Shown one piece after another: positions 1-8,739 of a stretch of 45,030 bases of DNA. The notes beneath the pieces are model-generated. The model was given only the letters and a program-made list of their open reading frames with translations, was not told the DNA's origin and did no database searches. Both the position numbers and the translations under genes were made by a program. Each line of letters begins with the position of its first letter. Position 1 is the stretch's first letter. The DNA comes from an uncultured archaeon (GTDB lineage Archaea; Altiarchaeota; Altiarchaeia; IMC4; SCGC-AAA252-I15): assembly GCA_902384455.1 (NCBI GenBank), contig CABMCB010000100.1, forward strand, positions 1-45,030, in the 5' to 3' direction.

Positions 1-5
1 AAGAC

Positions 6-110
6 CACCCCACACATTTTACACATAATGTCAATAGCAAAACAGTGAAAAACAGTGTGTAGACAAGGGAAAACGTGTCTTCTGAAGTGTGGGATATTCC
101 ACGGAATAGA
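6..110 (+). repeat. Left inverted terminal repeat (ITR)
   Basis: CACCCCACACATTTTACACATAATGTCAATAGCAAAACAGTG...GATATTCCACGGAATAG is the reverse complement of 44926-45030 with a few mismatches and indels. Confidence 0.95.
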
Positions 111-128
111 CATGAGTTTGACATTGTA

Positions 129-344
129 TCACAACTTTGGCGAGTGTTTTATACATTGTTTGAACACACAGGTGTGTGTTTTCTTTATCTCCCCCTCTTC
201 ACCTCCTTCAACGTCTTCCATACAGTGTGGGTCGTCACAATCATCAATACAGATTGGACATGGTGTATGACCACAGATAGTACATGTGGCAGACATACAT
301 TCGTCACAGTTCTTTATCTCTTCATTGACTGTGGGATATTCCAT
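129..344 (-). CDS. Small Cys-rich hypothetical protein
   Basis: Several CxxC pairs; fits the minus-strand gene run. Confidence 0.6.
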   Translation of the reverse strand: MEYPTVNEEIKNCDECMSATCTICGHTPCPICIDDCDDPHCMEDVEGGEEGEIKKTHTCVFKQCIKHSPKL

Positions 345-348
345 AGAA

Positions 349-732
349 TTATCCTTGACTCGCCGTCTTGATGTTTATCTCACCTTCTGATTGTAGTGTT
401 TGCAGTATGTCTAACACACTCCGTAGTTCATTGCCGCTTGCATCGTAGAATCTGTCACCCCTTTGAAACCCTTTAGTGAATGTAGTAAGCAATGCAATGG
501 TTTTTGCGTAGGTATCTTCACGCTTGTCGTCTTGTTGACGCATATCGTATAGACTGGGGAAGTGATAGATTCTAGTGTTGAACGTTTTCCCCGTGCGTAT
601 GTCTGGCCCGATTGTTTCGCAGGGGGCAGTACGGCATTCTCTACACTCAACTTGTTGCATGCCGTTGTATACTCCACAGTGACAACACTTGTATCCGGGC
701 GCTATATACTCTGAATCAATGTATGTACACAT
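349..732 (-). CDS. Hypothetical protein with N-terminal Zn ribbon
   Basis: CCHC...CREC motif; tightly packed with neighbours. Confidence 0.65.
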   Translation of the reverse strand: MCTYIDSEYIAPGYKCCHCGVYNGMQQVECRECRTAPCETIGPDIRTGKTFNTRIYHFPSLYDMRQQDDKREDTYAKTIALLTTFTKGFQRGDRFYDASGNELRSVLDILQTLQSEGEINIKTASQG

Positions 733-905
733 AAGTCACATCCAGTGCAAACGAAGATGCCTGTTCCGTTTTCGATTCCAGCTCTGTAGTGTATGTTTGA
801 TATGGCTCCGCAACGTGGACAATGATGATGAATGTCAAGCGTCGGTTGTACTCCTAGTTTTGCTGTACATCCGTCGCCAACTTTGGGCGGTTCGTAGTAT
901 TCCAC
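702..905 (-). CDS. Small Zn-ribbon protein
   Basis: CPRC...CTGC. Confidence 0.55.
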   Translation of the reverse strand: MEYYEPPKVGDGCTAKLGVQPTLDIHHHCPRCGAISNIHYRAGIENGTGIFVCTGCDLCVHTLIQSI

Positions 906-1004
906 AGAATATCTATCCTTTTAGAATCTTGTGGAGATGCCAACCGATGATAATACCAGTTGTCATCATTAGGGCGCCGAAGTAGAGTGCTTGTGCTACA
1001 GGGT

Positions 1005-1406
1005 TCATTCCTTTTCATCATTGTAACGGTGGTCGTGTGGCTCTTTTGCCCAATCTTCTATTGGTATACTCGAACTACACGGGTTTTCTTGTGGTAAGTT
1101 AGGTATAGGTGCCCAGTATTCAGGCTGTTCACGCGTTTCGTAGTAGTATTGATTCCCGCGTATTCCGTATGATTCGTCATACACTTTATTGTCGCCCGGT
1201 ATGACGGTTCCCCCTCTGTAATGGCCAATGAGCACGTCAGACCAGTTTTTGCTGTAGAACAGAACGTCAATGTTTACTGCGGGTCGTTCTTTTGACGTTC
1301 GAGTCCACGTGTTGGTGCTGCGTTTTAGAATGAATTCTTCGTCTACCTGTTGAAGGAAGTTGTTCATCAGTTTGAGGAGTTGTCCCTTGAATTCCTCCTG
1401 TGTCAT
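1005..1406 (-). CDS. Hypothetical protein
   Basis: 133-aa ORF in the minus-strand run. Confidence 0.6.
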   Translation of the reverse strand: MTQEEFKGQLLKLMNNFLQQVDEEFILKRSTNTWTRTSKERPAVNIDVLFYSKNWSDVLIGHYRGGTVIPGDNKVYDESYGIRGNQYYYETREQPEYWAPIPNLPQENPCSSSIPIEDWAKEPHDHRYNDEKE

Positions 1407-1620
1407 TGGGTGGTATAGCCTTTCTTGTTTCTATCCCGTGTTTCTTTAGTATCCGTGATATATATCCTTGTGAAACGCCATACAGTTCTGCAATCTCTTT
1501 TTGAGGCATATCCCCTTCGTAGAATTCGATAACAGCCGCTTCGAATTCTTCAAGGCTTTTGGATATACCTTCTGTTGAGTTGAGCCGCTTGTGTACTTGT
1601 TGGAGAAAGTTGCTTGCCAT
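1267..1620 (-). CDS. Helix-turn-helix DNA-binding protein
   Basis: MPQKEIAELYGVSQGYISRILKKHG is a typical HTH; a box P copy lies 11 bp upstream. Confidence 0.75.
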   Translation of the reverse strand: MASNFLQQVHKRLNSTEGISKSLEEFEAAVIEFYEGDMPQKEIAELYGVSQGYISRILKKHGIETRKAIPPNDTGGIQGTTPQTDEQLPSTGRRRIHSKTQHQHVDSNVKRTTRSKH

Positions 1621-1644
1621 GGGTATCTAGTATTCCACAGAATA

Positions 1645-1875
1645 TTAGCGTTTCATCCGTGAATTCCGCGAGTTTTCTGGTGGAGTGGGGAACGGTGGAG
1701 GACTTTCATTCACACTGATGTATGGGATGACTGTGTACCTCACGTTGGACAGCGTGTTCTGTTCATCTTTCCAAGTGTTGACTAGGGCGGTCATCTCTTC
1801 TTGCGTTCCTGTGTAGTCATCCCCTCCGTTTTCGCAAGCCCATTCGGATGTTACAATTCGGATGCCGTACTTCAT
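1645..1875 (-). CDS. Hypothetical protein
   Basis: 4-nt start/stop overlap with 1872-2093. Confidence 0.55.
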   Translation of the reverse strand: MKYGIRIVTSEWACENGGDDYTGTQEEMTALVNTWKDEQNTLSNVRYTVIPYISVNESPPPFPTPPENSRNSRMKR

Positions 1876-2093
1876 TGGTGGTATGCTTCTTTGATAGCTT
1901 CGTTGAGCTGATTACGGAGTATCTTGTTAGGACATCCACCTTCGGCAGCAAGATAGATGCCTGTTTTGATGAGGAATCCGGCGACAGAACCTTTGAAGGT
2001 GATTGAGTCTCCTTCGCCATATGCTTCTTTGCATTCTGTGATTGCAGCGGCTACCTTGATATCTAGTAAGTCGTTGAGTTCTTTGATGTTCAT
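1872..2093 (-). CDS. Hypothetical protein
   Basis: Coupled to both neighbours. Confidence 0.6.
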   Translation of the reverse strand: MNIKELNDLLDIKVAAAITECKEAYGEGDSITFKGSVAGFLIKTGIYLAAEGGCPNKILRNQLNEAIKEAYHQ

Positions 2094-2094
2094 G

Positions 2095-2463
2095 TTACTT
2101 CCAACCCTCGAAAGTGCAACCTTCTATGACAATGCGTTGGATTGTGAATAGTACTTGGTATTTACCGTCAAGGAAGTTGATATCTTTGACGCTAGCTTTT
2201 GCCCATTCAGTGTTTTCTGGCACTTGATACATTGGAGGACATGTTCCGGATTGCCAACGCATAGGCACACTTGAGCATATGAGATATTCGTCGATTAGAA
2301 CTTGGTGAATGGGGCCGGGGTCTAGTAGGTTGTGAATGTGTTCAAACGTTTTTTGATGGTTTTCTGTAATCTGTTCAAGAAGACCTTTTGCTCCTTTATT
2401 CCGTGGAATACGTGCGCACCATTCACGGTGTTTGCCATCTGTACTACCACAATTGCAGAACAT
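2095..2463 (-). CDS. Hypothetical protein with CxC...HxxWC motif
   Basis: 1-nt overlap with upstream ORF; a similar HxxWC motif occurs near the N-terminus of 36157-36972. Confidence 0.6.
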   Translation of the reverse strand: MFCNCGSTDGKHREWCARIPRNKGAKGLLEQITENHQKTFEHIHNLLDPGPIHQVLIDEYLICSSVPMRWQSGTCPPMYQVPENTEWAKASVKDINFLDGKYQVLFTIQRIVIEGCTFEGWK

Positions 2464-3158
2464 TAGAACGGGTCCTTACACTCTTTGCCATCCTGTAGGA
2501 ACATGAATGTGATATCTGTTCCGTCGTTGGCAACGTGAACGGCTCGACCTTGTTTCTGTGCAAGCCAGTTGTGTGTTTTGGCCATCATCTCTTGGAACAC
2601 TTGTTCACGCATTCCCTCATTGAATCCGCCTGGGTGTGCTAGTGCAAGCATTGTGTGCCCAAGGATTCGTTTGAATATGGGATGAATAGGAGAGTTGTCA
2701 ACCCCTGGTGGCATTGTAGCCCGTTTTGCAAGTTGTGTTCCAGTTATCTTTTTGGCGTCATCTCTCCAGGCATCCAATACACTTTTAGCTTTCTTTTTAG
2801 GCATCGGTTTATCTTTCTTCGTTTTGCGCCGCCGTTTTATCTCAGGTTCGTCGGCAATAGATGTTGTAGTGTCAATGACTACTGGTCGTGTGTCGAGAAT
2901 TTTTATCGTTCGAATGACCCGACCTTGTTCGTCTAGCTCCTGAATGACGCCAGCGTTCTTTCTGTGCTCAGGGTTACTGCATGCGAGCCAGTAGTAGGGC
3001 CATAGTTTGCCCTTGTCGTAGAACTGGCAGCGCGCTGTAACTGGTTCGTTACATCCTGGCATTGTTCCGATTAGACCGAACATTCCAGTGACTGGTGGAC
3101 ACCCTGGGAACTTGCGTACACCTGGGTAAATACCTACTGCACACTTTCCGGTCCACAT
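2463..3158 (-). CDS. Hypothetical protein (Cys-containing N-terminus, basic linker)
   Basis: 231-aa ORF with GAGGAG RBS. Confidence 0.7.
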   Translation of the reverse strand: MWTGKCAVGIYPGVRKFPGCPPVTGMFGLIGTMPGCNEPVTARCQFYDKGKLWPYYWLACSNPEHRKNAGVIQELDEQGRVIRTIKILDTRPVVIDTTTSIADEPEIKRRRKTKKDKPMPKKKAKSVLDAWRDDAKKITGTQLAKRATMPPGVDNSPIHPIFKRILGHTMLALAHPGGFNEGMREQVFQEMMAKTHNWLAQKQGRAVHVANDGTDITFMFLQDGKECKDPF

Positions 3159-3592
3159 GGCTCCTCTTTTGCTTGTACCCCGTATAGTACGATTAGGTCA
3201 AACTCCCCTTCAAACTCTATCTTCATAGCTTTCATAGGGGTTGCTGTAGCCATGTCGATTGGCCATATGTGGCGTGCGGTAAGCATTGTTGATAGAATGC
3301 CTAGTTTGAACCATTCCTCAATGACTGCTAGTTCAACAGGAGACTTTAGAAACGGACCTGGTATTCCAGGTGGCACTAGTTGTTCAATTGGTCCGATGCT
3401 AATCTGGTTTATGAATAGCATCTCGCGGAACCAAACAAGTATGTGTGAACATCTGAATGCCGCTGCTGGTGTGAATGATATGACGTTAGACCCTGGAGCG
3501 GGTTCTATCTTGTGTAGCACTTGTATCACTTTTGGTATTGGTGACATTGGCATTGGCATTCGTTTACTCCACTGTTCGTCATTTGGCGTCAT
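3134..3592 (-). CDS. Beta-rich protein, possible divergent paralog of the capsid candidate's C-terminal domain
   Basis: Pattern-level resemblance to the C-terminal ~125 aa of 21665-22525. Confidence 0.5.
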   Translation of the reverse strand: MTPNDEQWSKRMPMPMSPIPKVIQVLHKIEPAPGSNVISFTPAAAFRCSHILVWFREMLFINQISIGPIEQLVPPGIPGPFLKSPVELAVIEEWFKLGILSTMLTARHIWPIDMATATPMKAMKIEFEGEFDLIVLYGVQAKEEPCGPESVQ

Positions 3593-3824
3593 CTGTAAGC
3601 CTTTTGCACAATTCGTTGTATCGTTCTAACTGTTTTTGGAATCGACGTACGAATCGTATCTCTTGAGGTTTCAATTCTACTTTGATTCCACTTGTTGGTT
3701 CAAAGGATACACTGTAGTCTGGATATCGTTCGTCAATCTCTATCCAGGCTGCGCGTACTTGGGTGAATTGATTGATAGTCATGCTGGACACTTGTGGAAT
3801 GGGCCAGTGACTTTGACATGGCAA
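3579..3824 (-). CDS. Hypothetical protein
   Basis: Fits the gene run; start uncertain. Confidence 0.45.
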   Translation of the reverse strand: MPCQSHWPIPQVSSMTINQFTQVRAAWIEIDERYPDYSVSFEPTSGIKVELKPQEIRFVRRFQKQLERYNELCKRLTDDAK

Positions 3825-4051
3825 TGTGGACAGACGTTATTCCGTGGAATATCAATCCGATGTTTCTTTGCCAAGTCACTGAGATGTTTTCTATCCATGT
3901 TCGCTTCTTTGGCAGCTTGTGTGATGTTGCCATCGTTGCGCATGAGTAGTTGTAGGACGTATTCACGTTCGAATTCGAGAACCGCGTGCGACTTGTTCTG
4001 TCTATATGAGACTGCGAAGTCGAACACGTGTTTGACGTTTACATTGAGCAT
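3779..4051 (-). CDS. Stand-alone Fis-type HTH (like the C-terminal domain of sigma54 enhancer-binding proteins) with Zn-ribbon tail
   Basis: FEREYVLQLLMRNDGNITQAAKEANMDRKHLSDLAKKH; GGAGATACA-ATG start at 4051; ends CPHC...HKC. Confidence 0.8.
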   Translation of the reverse strand: MLNVNVKHVFDFAVSYRQNKSHAVLEFEREYVLQLLMRNDGNITQAAKEANMDRKHLSDLAKKHRIDIPRNNVCPHCHVKVTGPFHKCPA

Positions 4052-4363
4052 TGTATCTCCTAACTTAGTGCATGTTCTCTGGTGTGTATCCGTATCTCGC
4101 CGTCTGCTTGTTCGTGGCTCACACTTTCTACGGTTAGTGTGACGGTTGTCTTGTAGAGTGTCCACGGTCCGTTTTCTGATATGGTTGAACATTCTACGAA
4201 CGTAACGTCCCTGGGACCAATGGGTCCTCTATTGAACGTCATGATGTATGATTCGATGATATCCGCAAGTGAACAACTTCCACTTGTTTCACATTGCGCG
4301 ACTGAGTTTGGTTGACGGTAGGCTCGTATCCACATTGTATTCCGTCCGTCCCTTCGGGCGTTC

Positions 4364-4588
4364 TTAGGCGTCCGAATGTCGTTGCTTTGGTGTATCTATT
4401 CGCCCCGTTTTCTCGTGTCGTTCCTTTACTTTATCGAAGCATTCTTGTGAGCACACGATAGCTCCGATTGGCTTTACTCCAATGATGTAGAACCAACCTG
4501 CCGAATCGGGTTCGTCAGGCATTGGTTTTTCGCACACAATGCAGCATTCTGGCGCAATTTCGAGGCCGTCTATTATTGTATTCTTCAT
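4364..4588 (-). CDS. Small Zn-finger protein
   Basis: CIVC...CSQEC; its stop codon lies inside a box H copy. Confidence 0.65.
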   Translation of the reverse strand: MKNTIIDGLEIAPECCIVCEKPMPDEPDSAGWFYIIGVKPIGAIVCSQECFDKVKERHEKTGRIDTPKQRHSDA

Positions 4589-4592
4589 GGCA

Positions 4593-4883
4593 TCAGTTCT
4601 TTATGAGTATGTCGTCCCCTCGCCGTTGCGTTTTATGTTCTTTGATGAACTGTGGACATACTGGATTCTCATGGTAGAACTTATGATTCACGTTGTCAGT
4701 GTAGACAACCTTGCCGCAATGAGGACAGGCAGTCTTTACCCACGCAGGGTTAGGTGAGAAGATAGGTTCTTTGCCTGACGTGCTACCGTAGGTGAACCCG
4801 TGTTGAATCATGCCTTCATTGGCCTGATTGGTGTTGCAGGCTATGAGGAGCAGACTAGCTATGCTTAGCCACTTGTGAATCAT
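4593..4883 (-). CDS. Putative lipoprotein with Zn-finger-like C-terminus
   Basis: Signal peptide ending LLIAC; CPHC...H...C. Confidence 0.55.
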   Translation of the reverse strand: MIHKWLSIASLLLIACNTNQANEGMIQHGFTYGSTSGKEPIFSPNPAWVKTACPHCGKVVYTDNVNHKFYHENPVCPQFIKEHKTQRRGDDILIKN

Positions 4884-5511
4884 AGTATACCCTTAGTTTG
4901 CGAATCTCGTCACATTCTCGTTTTACTATATAGCGAACGGCGTCAACGAGTGGCGCAGATTCTCCACAAGTTCTACAGTTGATGAAAGCGACTCCGATAG
5001 GATTGAGGTGAATTGCATCACAATCGCCAAAGGCGTATTCATGGATATGTGTTGGCTTTAGTATCTCGTTTACTTCCGTTCGTATCTCGGTCAATTCCAT
5101 CTTTTTGAGTTGACTGGTAGGAACGATAAGCTTCCTGCAGTGGCAATGCAGGTTGGTGCAGTATCCTAACCTTGAGTGGAACTTTGCTGGATGTCCGCAT
5201 TCACAACGGATAATATTCTGTGGAATACCTAGGACTTGCGGTGTTGGGTCTTCTATTGACCCATCTTGGTGTCGTATAACAATATGGTATTGTTCTTCTG
5301 TTTTCCTCCCCTTCCACAGAAGTGTTTGCGTGACTGTGTCAAGTAATTGTGCGAGCCTTATCCACTCTTCTTGAACGTAGGGTGGCAGGTCTTTCCAGTT
5401 TCCGTTGAAGTCGTCAACGCATCCGTTGCGGAAGTGGACTTTCTTGATAGGAGACATTAGTCCCCTAACAACTTGAGCTTTCATACTCTTTACTGGGTAA
5501 TCATTATCCAT
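4855..5511 (-). CDS. Hypothetical protein with two Cys/His clusters
   Basis: 218 aa, GGAGG RBS, CECGH...H...C...CHC and CRTC. Confidence 0.7.
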   Translation of the reverse strand: MDNDYPVKSMKAQVVRGLMSPIKKVHFRNGCVDDFNGNWKDLPPYVQEEWIRLAQLLDTVTQTLLWKGRKTEEQYHIVIRHQDGSIEDPTPQVLGIPQNIIRCECGHPAKFHSRLGYCTNLHCHCRKLIVPTSQLKKMELTEIRTEVNEILKPTHIHEYAFGDCDAIHLNPIGVAFINCRTCGESAPLVDAVRYIVKRECDEIRKLRVYYDSQVAKHS

Positions 5512-5575
5512 ATCTATTCCTCCCGGTGTATCGTTATGAGTCTCGGAGTCGCACCGCGTTGCATGGTGATAGGGT

Positions 5576-5800
5576 TTAGGGCTTGTCTTTATCTGGTGTG
5601 TTATTTAGAAATTCGTGGTACTCGTCAGAAGTTAGAGGGACTAGATTGCCCATTACTTCATATATTACTTCTGCTAGGGGTATAGATTGGGCGTTACTTA
5701 GCTCGCGTAAGACCTTGGCGTGAATTCCAGTTAGTCTTATGTCAATTGAGGTTGTGCGGTCGATGAATTGTATCATGTCACCCTCGATTATTCCGTGCAC
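5576..5800 (-). CDS. Small protein, possible ribbon-helix-helix
   Basis: TSIDIRLTGIHAKVLRELSNAQSIPLAEVIYE pattern. Confidence 0.4.
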   Translation of the reverse strand: MHGIIEGDMIQFIDRTTSIDIRLTGIHAKVLRELSNAQSIPLAEVIYEVMGNLVPLTSDEYHEFLNNTPDKDKP

Positions 5801-5804
5801 CTCT

Positions 5805-6212
5805 TCAGGTGTTCCTAGGCGTCCGAATACGTTTCGAATATTCTTGTTGGTATTCGAATCCCTGGCGGTGCAAGTCTTCGAGTTTTGGGGCTAGCACTTC
5901 CCATGCTTGTTCATGTTTTTGGAACTGTGGTTGCATTGCAGCAATGCGACCGATGCACAACGCTAGGATTGCAGTAGCTTGTGTTGGCTCGAATCGACTT
6001 TGGAGGTCGAGTAGTAGCATCTCACAGGCGGCGTGTACGCGTTGCATTCCATGTATCATGATTGAAGTCCTCGAATTATGAGGGCGATTGCTACTATACC
6101 CCACATTATCGCTGAGCTCAGCCAAAGGTATGCTATGAGTTTCATAGTATCTTGTTCGCCTTTCGCCAATCCTCAAGTGGAACGAGTGAGCAACGAACTT
6201 CCATAGGGTCAA
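5805..6212 (-). CDS. Hypothetical protein (true start probably further downstream)
   Basis: ORF ends within a box H copy. Confidence 0.5.
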   Translation of the reverse strand: MTLWKFVAHSFHLRIGERRTRYYETHSIPLAELSDNVGYSSNRPHNSRTSIMIHGMQRVHAACEMLLLDLQSRFEPTQATAILALCIGRIAAMQPQFQKHEQAWEVLAPKLEDLHRQGFEYQQEYSKRIRTPRNT

Positions 6213-6498
6213 TATTGACCTTACCTTCGTCGTCGTAGGCTGTCATAGCGTCCGCATGTTCCCAATCTTCGTGATTGGGACATTCGTACCATTGCATCTT
6301 ATTGGGTGCAGTGGCGATGTGTGTTGCTGTAATACCACCGTGATTCTGTAAATGACAAGTGGTACATTGTGCAAACAGTGTAGTGTCAACGACTGCCATG
6401 ATTCTTTTCATCCTGTGGAGTACGCGGAAAGCGGGATGGTCCACAACAGGGGCAGAAGATGTATATGCAACCACGGTGTGTACTTTCGTCGGTTGCAT
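6142..6498 (-). CDS. Hypothetical protein
   Basis: CTTC...CPNH; start uncertain. Confidence 0.5.
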   Translation of the reverse strand: MQPTKVHTVVAYTSSAPVVDHPAFRVLHRMKRIMAVVDTTLFAQCTTCHLQNHGGITATHIATAPNKMQWYECPNHEDWEHADAMTAYDDEGKVNIDPMEVRCSLVPLEDWRKANKIL

Positions 6499-6649
6499 AC
6501 CATCCCTTTGGTAAGGCCTCGTGGATGACTAATTGTTCGCCATATCGAGTAGCGTTCTTGATTAGCTCAGTTGTACATCGACAGACGAAACATGAAACAC
6601 GTTCAGGTATAGGCATAGTTACCCCCGAGTATTCCGCGGAATACTGCAT
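6386..6649 (-). CDS. Small Zn-ribbon protein
   Basis: CFVC...CPCC. Confidence 0.5.
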   Translation of the reverse strand: MQYSAEYSGVTMPIPERVSCFVCRCTTELIKNATRYGEQLVIHEALPKGWYATDESTHRGCIYIFCPCCGPSRFPRTPQDEKNHGSR

Positions 6650-6870
6650 TGCTTACGCCGTTTGCGGCTGAGATGTTTATGCCCGTTGACGTGTTTGGAT
6701 AGAGGAATACCGGGTTCAGCAGGCTCTACCTTTTCAGGTTGTGGCGGCGCCTTTGGTTCAGGCGGCTTGATTGGTTCAGGCTCGGGCACACGGTAGTCAT
6801 TGTTGCATCCGACCCCTGTTAGTGCCGCCATGAGAAGTATTAGACGTCCCGTTCTGTGTGGAGGTATCAT
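6619..6870 (-). CDS. Putative Pro-rich lipoprotein
   Basis: Hydrophobic stretch ending LTGVGC, then PEPEP repeats. Confidence 0.55.
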   Translation of the reverse strand: MIPPHRTGRLILLMAALTGVGCNNDYRVPEPEPIKPPEPKAPPQPEKVEPAEPGIPLSKHVNGHKHLSRKRRKQCSIPRNTRG

Positions 6871-6873
6871 AAA

Positions 6874-7161
6874 CTAACCCCTACCCTTGAAGCAATCGCC
6901 CAACACTTCCCATAGTGAGTTGAACCGTTTGACTTGTTCGCCTTCACTCACTTGTTCGTGACTAGCTTGCTGTGTTTCCTCGCGGCTGATGTAACGTCTC
7001 ATGTGAACCTCGCCATTAGATGGCAGGCATTCAAGCTTGATATTGAATGAGCCGTCAGTGTTCATCATGCCGGTACCGATTCGTTTGAAGTAACATGTAC
7101 GGTTATGTTGGGTTACTTCGTAAGCAATCCAAACGTTATGCATGGCTATGAACACCCGCAT
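6874..7161 (-). CDS. Hypothetical protein resembling a small myxobacterial family (RIG...NxDGS.N..L..LP.NG)
   Basis: KRIGTGMMNTDGSFNIKLECLPSNGEVHMR; family resemblance recalled from memory, not searched. Confidence 0.5.
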   Translation of the reverse strand: MRVFIAMHNVWIAYEVTQHNRTCYFKRIGTGMMNTDGSFNIKLECLPSNGEVHMRRYISREETQQASHEQVSEGEQVKRFNSLWEVLGDCFKGRG

Positions 7162-7676
7162 TCACACTTTGAACACTGTTCATGGTTGCCAGCTATGCAG
7201 TTTTCACACAGTTGAAGACCACTGTGGTCTATCGCCATGTGTTCGTTTTGGTCTTCGTTCACCCCTTCTGGCACAATCGCTTGACGCACGAGGTTCGTTA
7301 GGTTCCTAGTGCCTTCTAGATAGGTCTTGAAGCACAGTAGGACGTCATTGAACATGCTGGTGGGTATTGTGGGCGTTCCTGCTAGTGTCTCAATGAGTGA
7401 ATCGATTGATGCAACGATGTCTTTGCGTGTCTCTAGTTCAGTAGTGAGCAGGGTCCACATTGCAGGTTCGGCAGTACGCTTCGTTTCAATCTGCTCTTGT
7501 AGTCTGCTAATGGCTTGGCCAGCGTCCCATTTACTGAACGGTACAGGCCAAGGTCCCTCGCGGGATACCTCTTGACCGAGTTTTTCTGCGAGGTCGCAGA
7601 ATATAGTTTTCTGTTTGTCGGTTGCAGGTTCGTCCATGAATCCGAATCCTTCAACGGGAAACTTCTCATGCTCCAT
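7146..7676 (-). CDS. Hypothetical protein
   Basis: PATDKQ...SKWDAGQAI motif typical of small phage domains; Cys-rich end. Confidence 0.65.
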   Translation of the reverse strand: MEHEKFPVEGFGFMDEPATDKQKTIFCDLAEKLGQEVSREGPWPVPFSKWDAGQAISRLQEQIETKRTAEPAMWTLLTTELETRKDIVASIDSLIETLAGTPTIPTSMFNDVLLCFKTYLEGTRNLTNLVRQAIVPEGVNEDQNEHMAIDHSGLQLCENCIAGNHEQCSKCECGCS

Positions 7677-7845
7677 GGTAGTTACCTGCCGGTGCTTGAG
7701 TTTGAGTGTTCGACCACTCCATGAGTTCCATGATTGAGGTTCCCCCGAGTGTGTGGCCAGGGTTGTTCACTATGAAGTCAGCCGTTAGTTCATCAAGAGC
7801 CTTGTGAAGCTTTTCATGTCTTTTGGCGTGTGCGTTAGTATCCAT
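7666..7845 (-). CDS. 59-aa hypothetical protein (not in ORF track)
   Basis: AAGGATAC RBS; MDTNAHAKRHEKLHKALDELTADF...; fills the gap between 7146-7676 and the NUDIX gene. Confidence 0.6.
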   Translation of the reverse strand: MDTNAHAKRHEKLHKALDELTADFIVNNPGHTLGGTSIMELMEWSNTQTQAPAGNYHGA

Positions 7846-7863
7846 TGTGTGTATCCTTGTGAG

Positions 7864-8328
7864 TTATTCCGTGGAATAGTATCCTTCGTGTATCGTAAAG
7901 TGTTTGACGTTTTCTAGTGCTTCAATGCGTCCTTTCGCCATTGGAATCAACCAATGTAGGTTTGGCATGACTGGAGGCATGGTTTCGCGGTAAGTGTTTA
8001 GTGGGTACCAGCCAACTGGTTCGTCAGGCTGACTTATTAGCTTATAGTCGGCAGACTGCGCAACTGCCGAAACATACCAGAACACTTCCCACGGTTTATC
8101 ATCGGTCTTTCCAATGAGTGTGGCAAAGCATCGCCAGTAGTCGATTCTTATTCCGGTTTCTTCGGCAAACTCACGAGACATTGCTTGTTCCGGGGTTTCA
8201 CCGGGTTCAATGTGTCCTCCAATGCCGTTGAGTTTGCCCTTTTGCCAATTGGGTCTAGCCTTGCGCACTAATAGAACCCTAGTGCGCAAGTCTGCAAACA
8301 AGAATCCCGCAACGTAGCGGGTCATCAA
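7864..8328 (-). CDS. NUDIX hydrolase
   Basis: Nudix box GGHIEPGETPEQAMSREFAEETG. Confidence 0.93.
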   Translation of the reverse strand: MMTRYVAGFLFADLRTRVLLVRKARPNWQKGKLNGIGGHIEPGETPEQAMSREFAEETGIRIDYWRCFATLIGKTDDKPWEVFWYVSAVAQSADYKLISQPDEPVGWYPLNTYRETMPPVMPNLHWLIPMAKGRIEALENVKHFTIHEGYYSTE

Positions 8329-8663
8329 TCGTCCCTATGTTGGCACGAATGAATAGCTAGATGACCGCAATCAGGGCACATTGCGGGAACACTGGGCGGC
8401 GCTCCTTTGATAGCGTCCGACAGGTCTTTGCACCCGTTCATGTAGTCGCGAACGGCTAGCAAGGTCTGCTCGACCGTTTGCACGAACATGTCTTGTGGTA
8501 TCTTGCATTCGATGATATCGTTGACGAGGATAATCAGCTCTTTTCGTGCCGATTCTTCGTCAATGAGTAACGCTTGTACAAGGTCCGTTGACTTTACCGT
8601 GTCGTCATCCTTCCCTTTGCTGCGTTGAGTGTCGGGCGCCTTTTCAAACTGTCGTTCTGCCAT
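8325..8663 (-). CDS. Hypothetical protein
   Basis: GAGGATACA-ATG start; C-terminal CPDC. Confidence 0.65.
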   Translation of the reverse strand: MAERQFEKAPDTQRSKGKDDDTVKSTDLVQALLIDEESARKELIILVNDIIECKIPQDMFVQTVEQTLLAVRDYMNGCKDLSDAIKGAPPSVPAMCPDCGHLAIHSCQHRDD

Positions 8664-8739
8664 TGTATCCTCGTTTCACCCCTTCGGGTGTTCCTAAATG
8701 TCCGGTATCAGTGGTTGTGAGTATTCCGCGGAATATAGC

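Noticed and set aside
5789-5800. Half copies of box P (also near 1161, 4338, 20984)
   Set aside because: Only one arm matches, so they were left out of the count.
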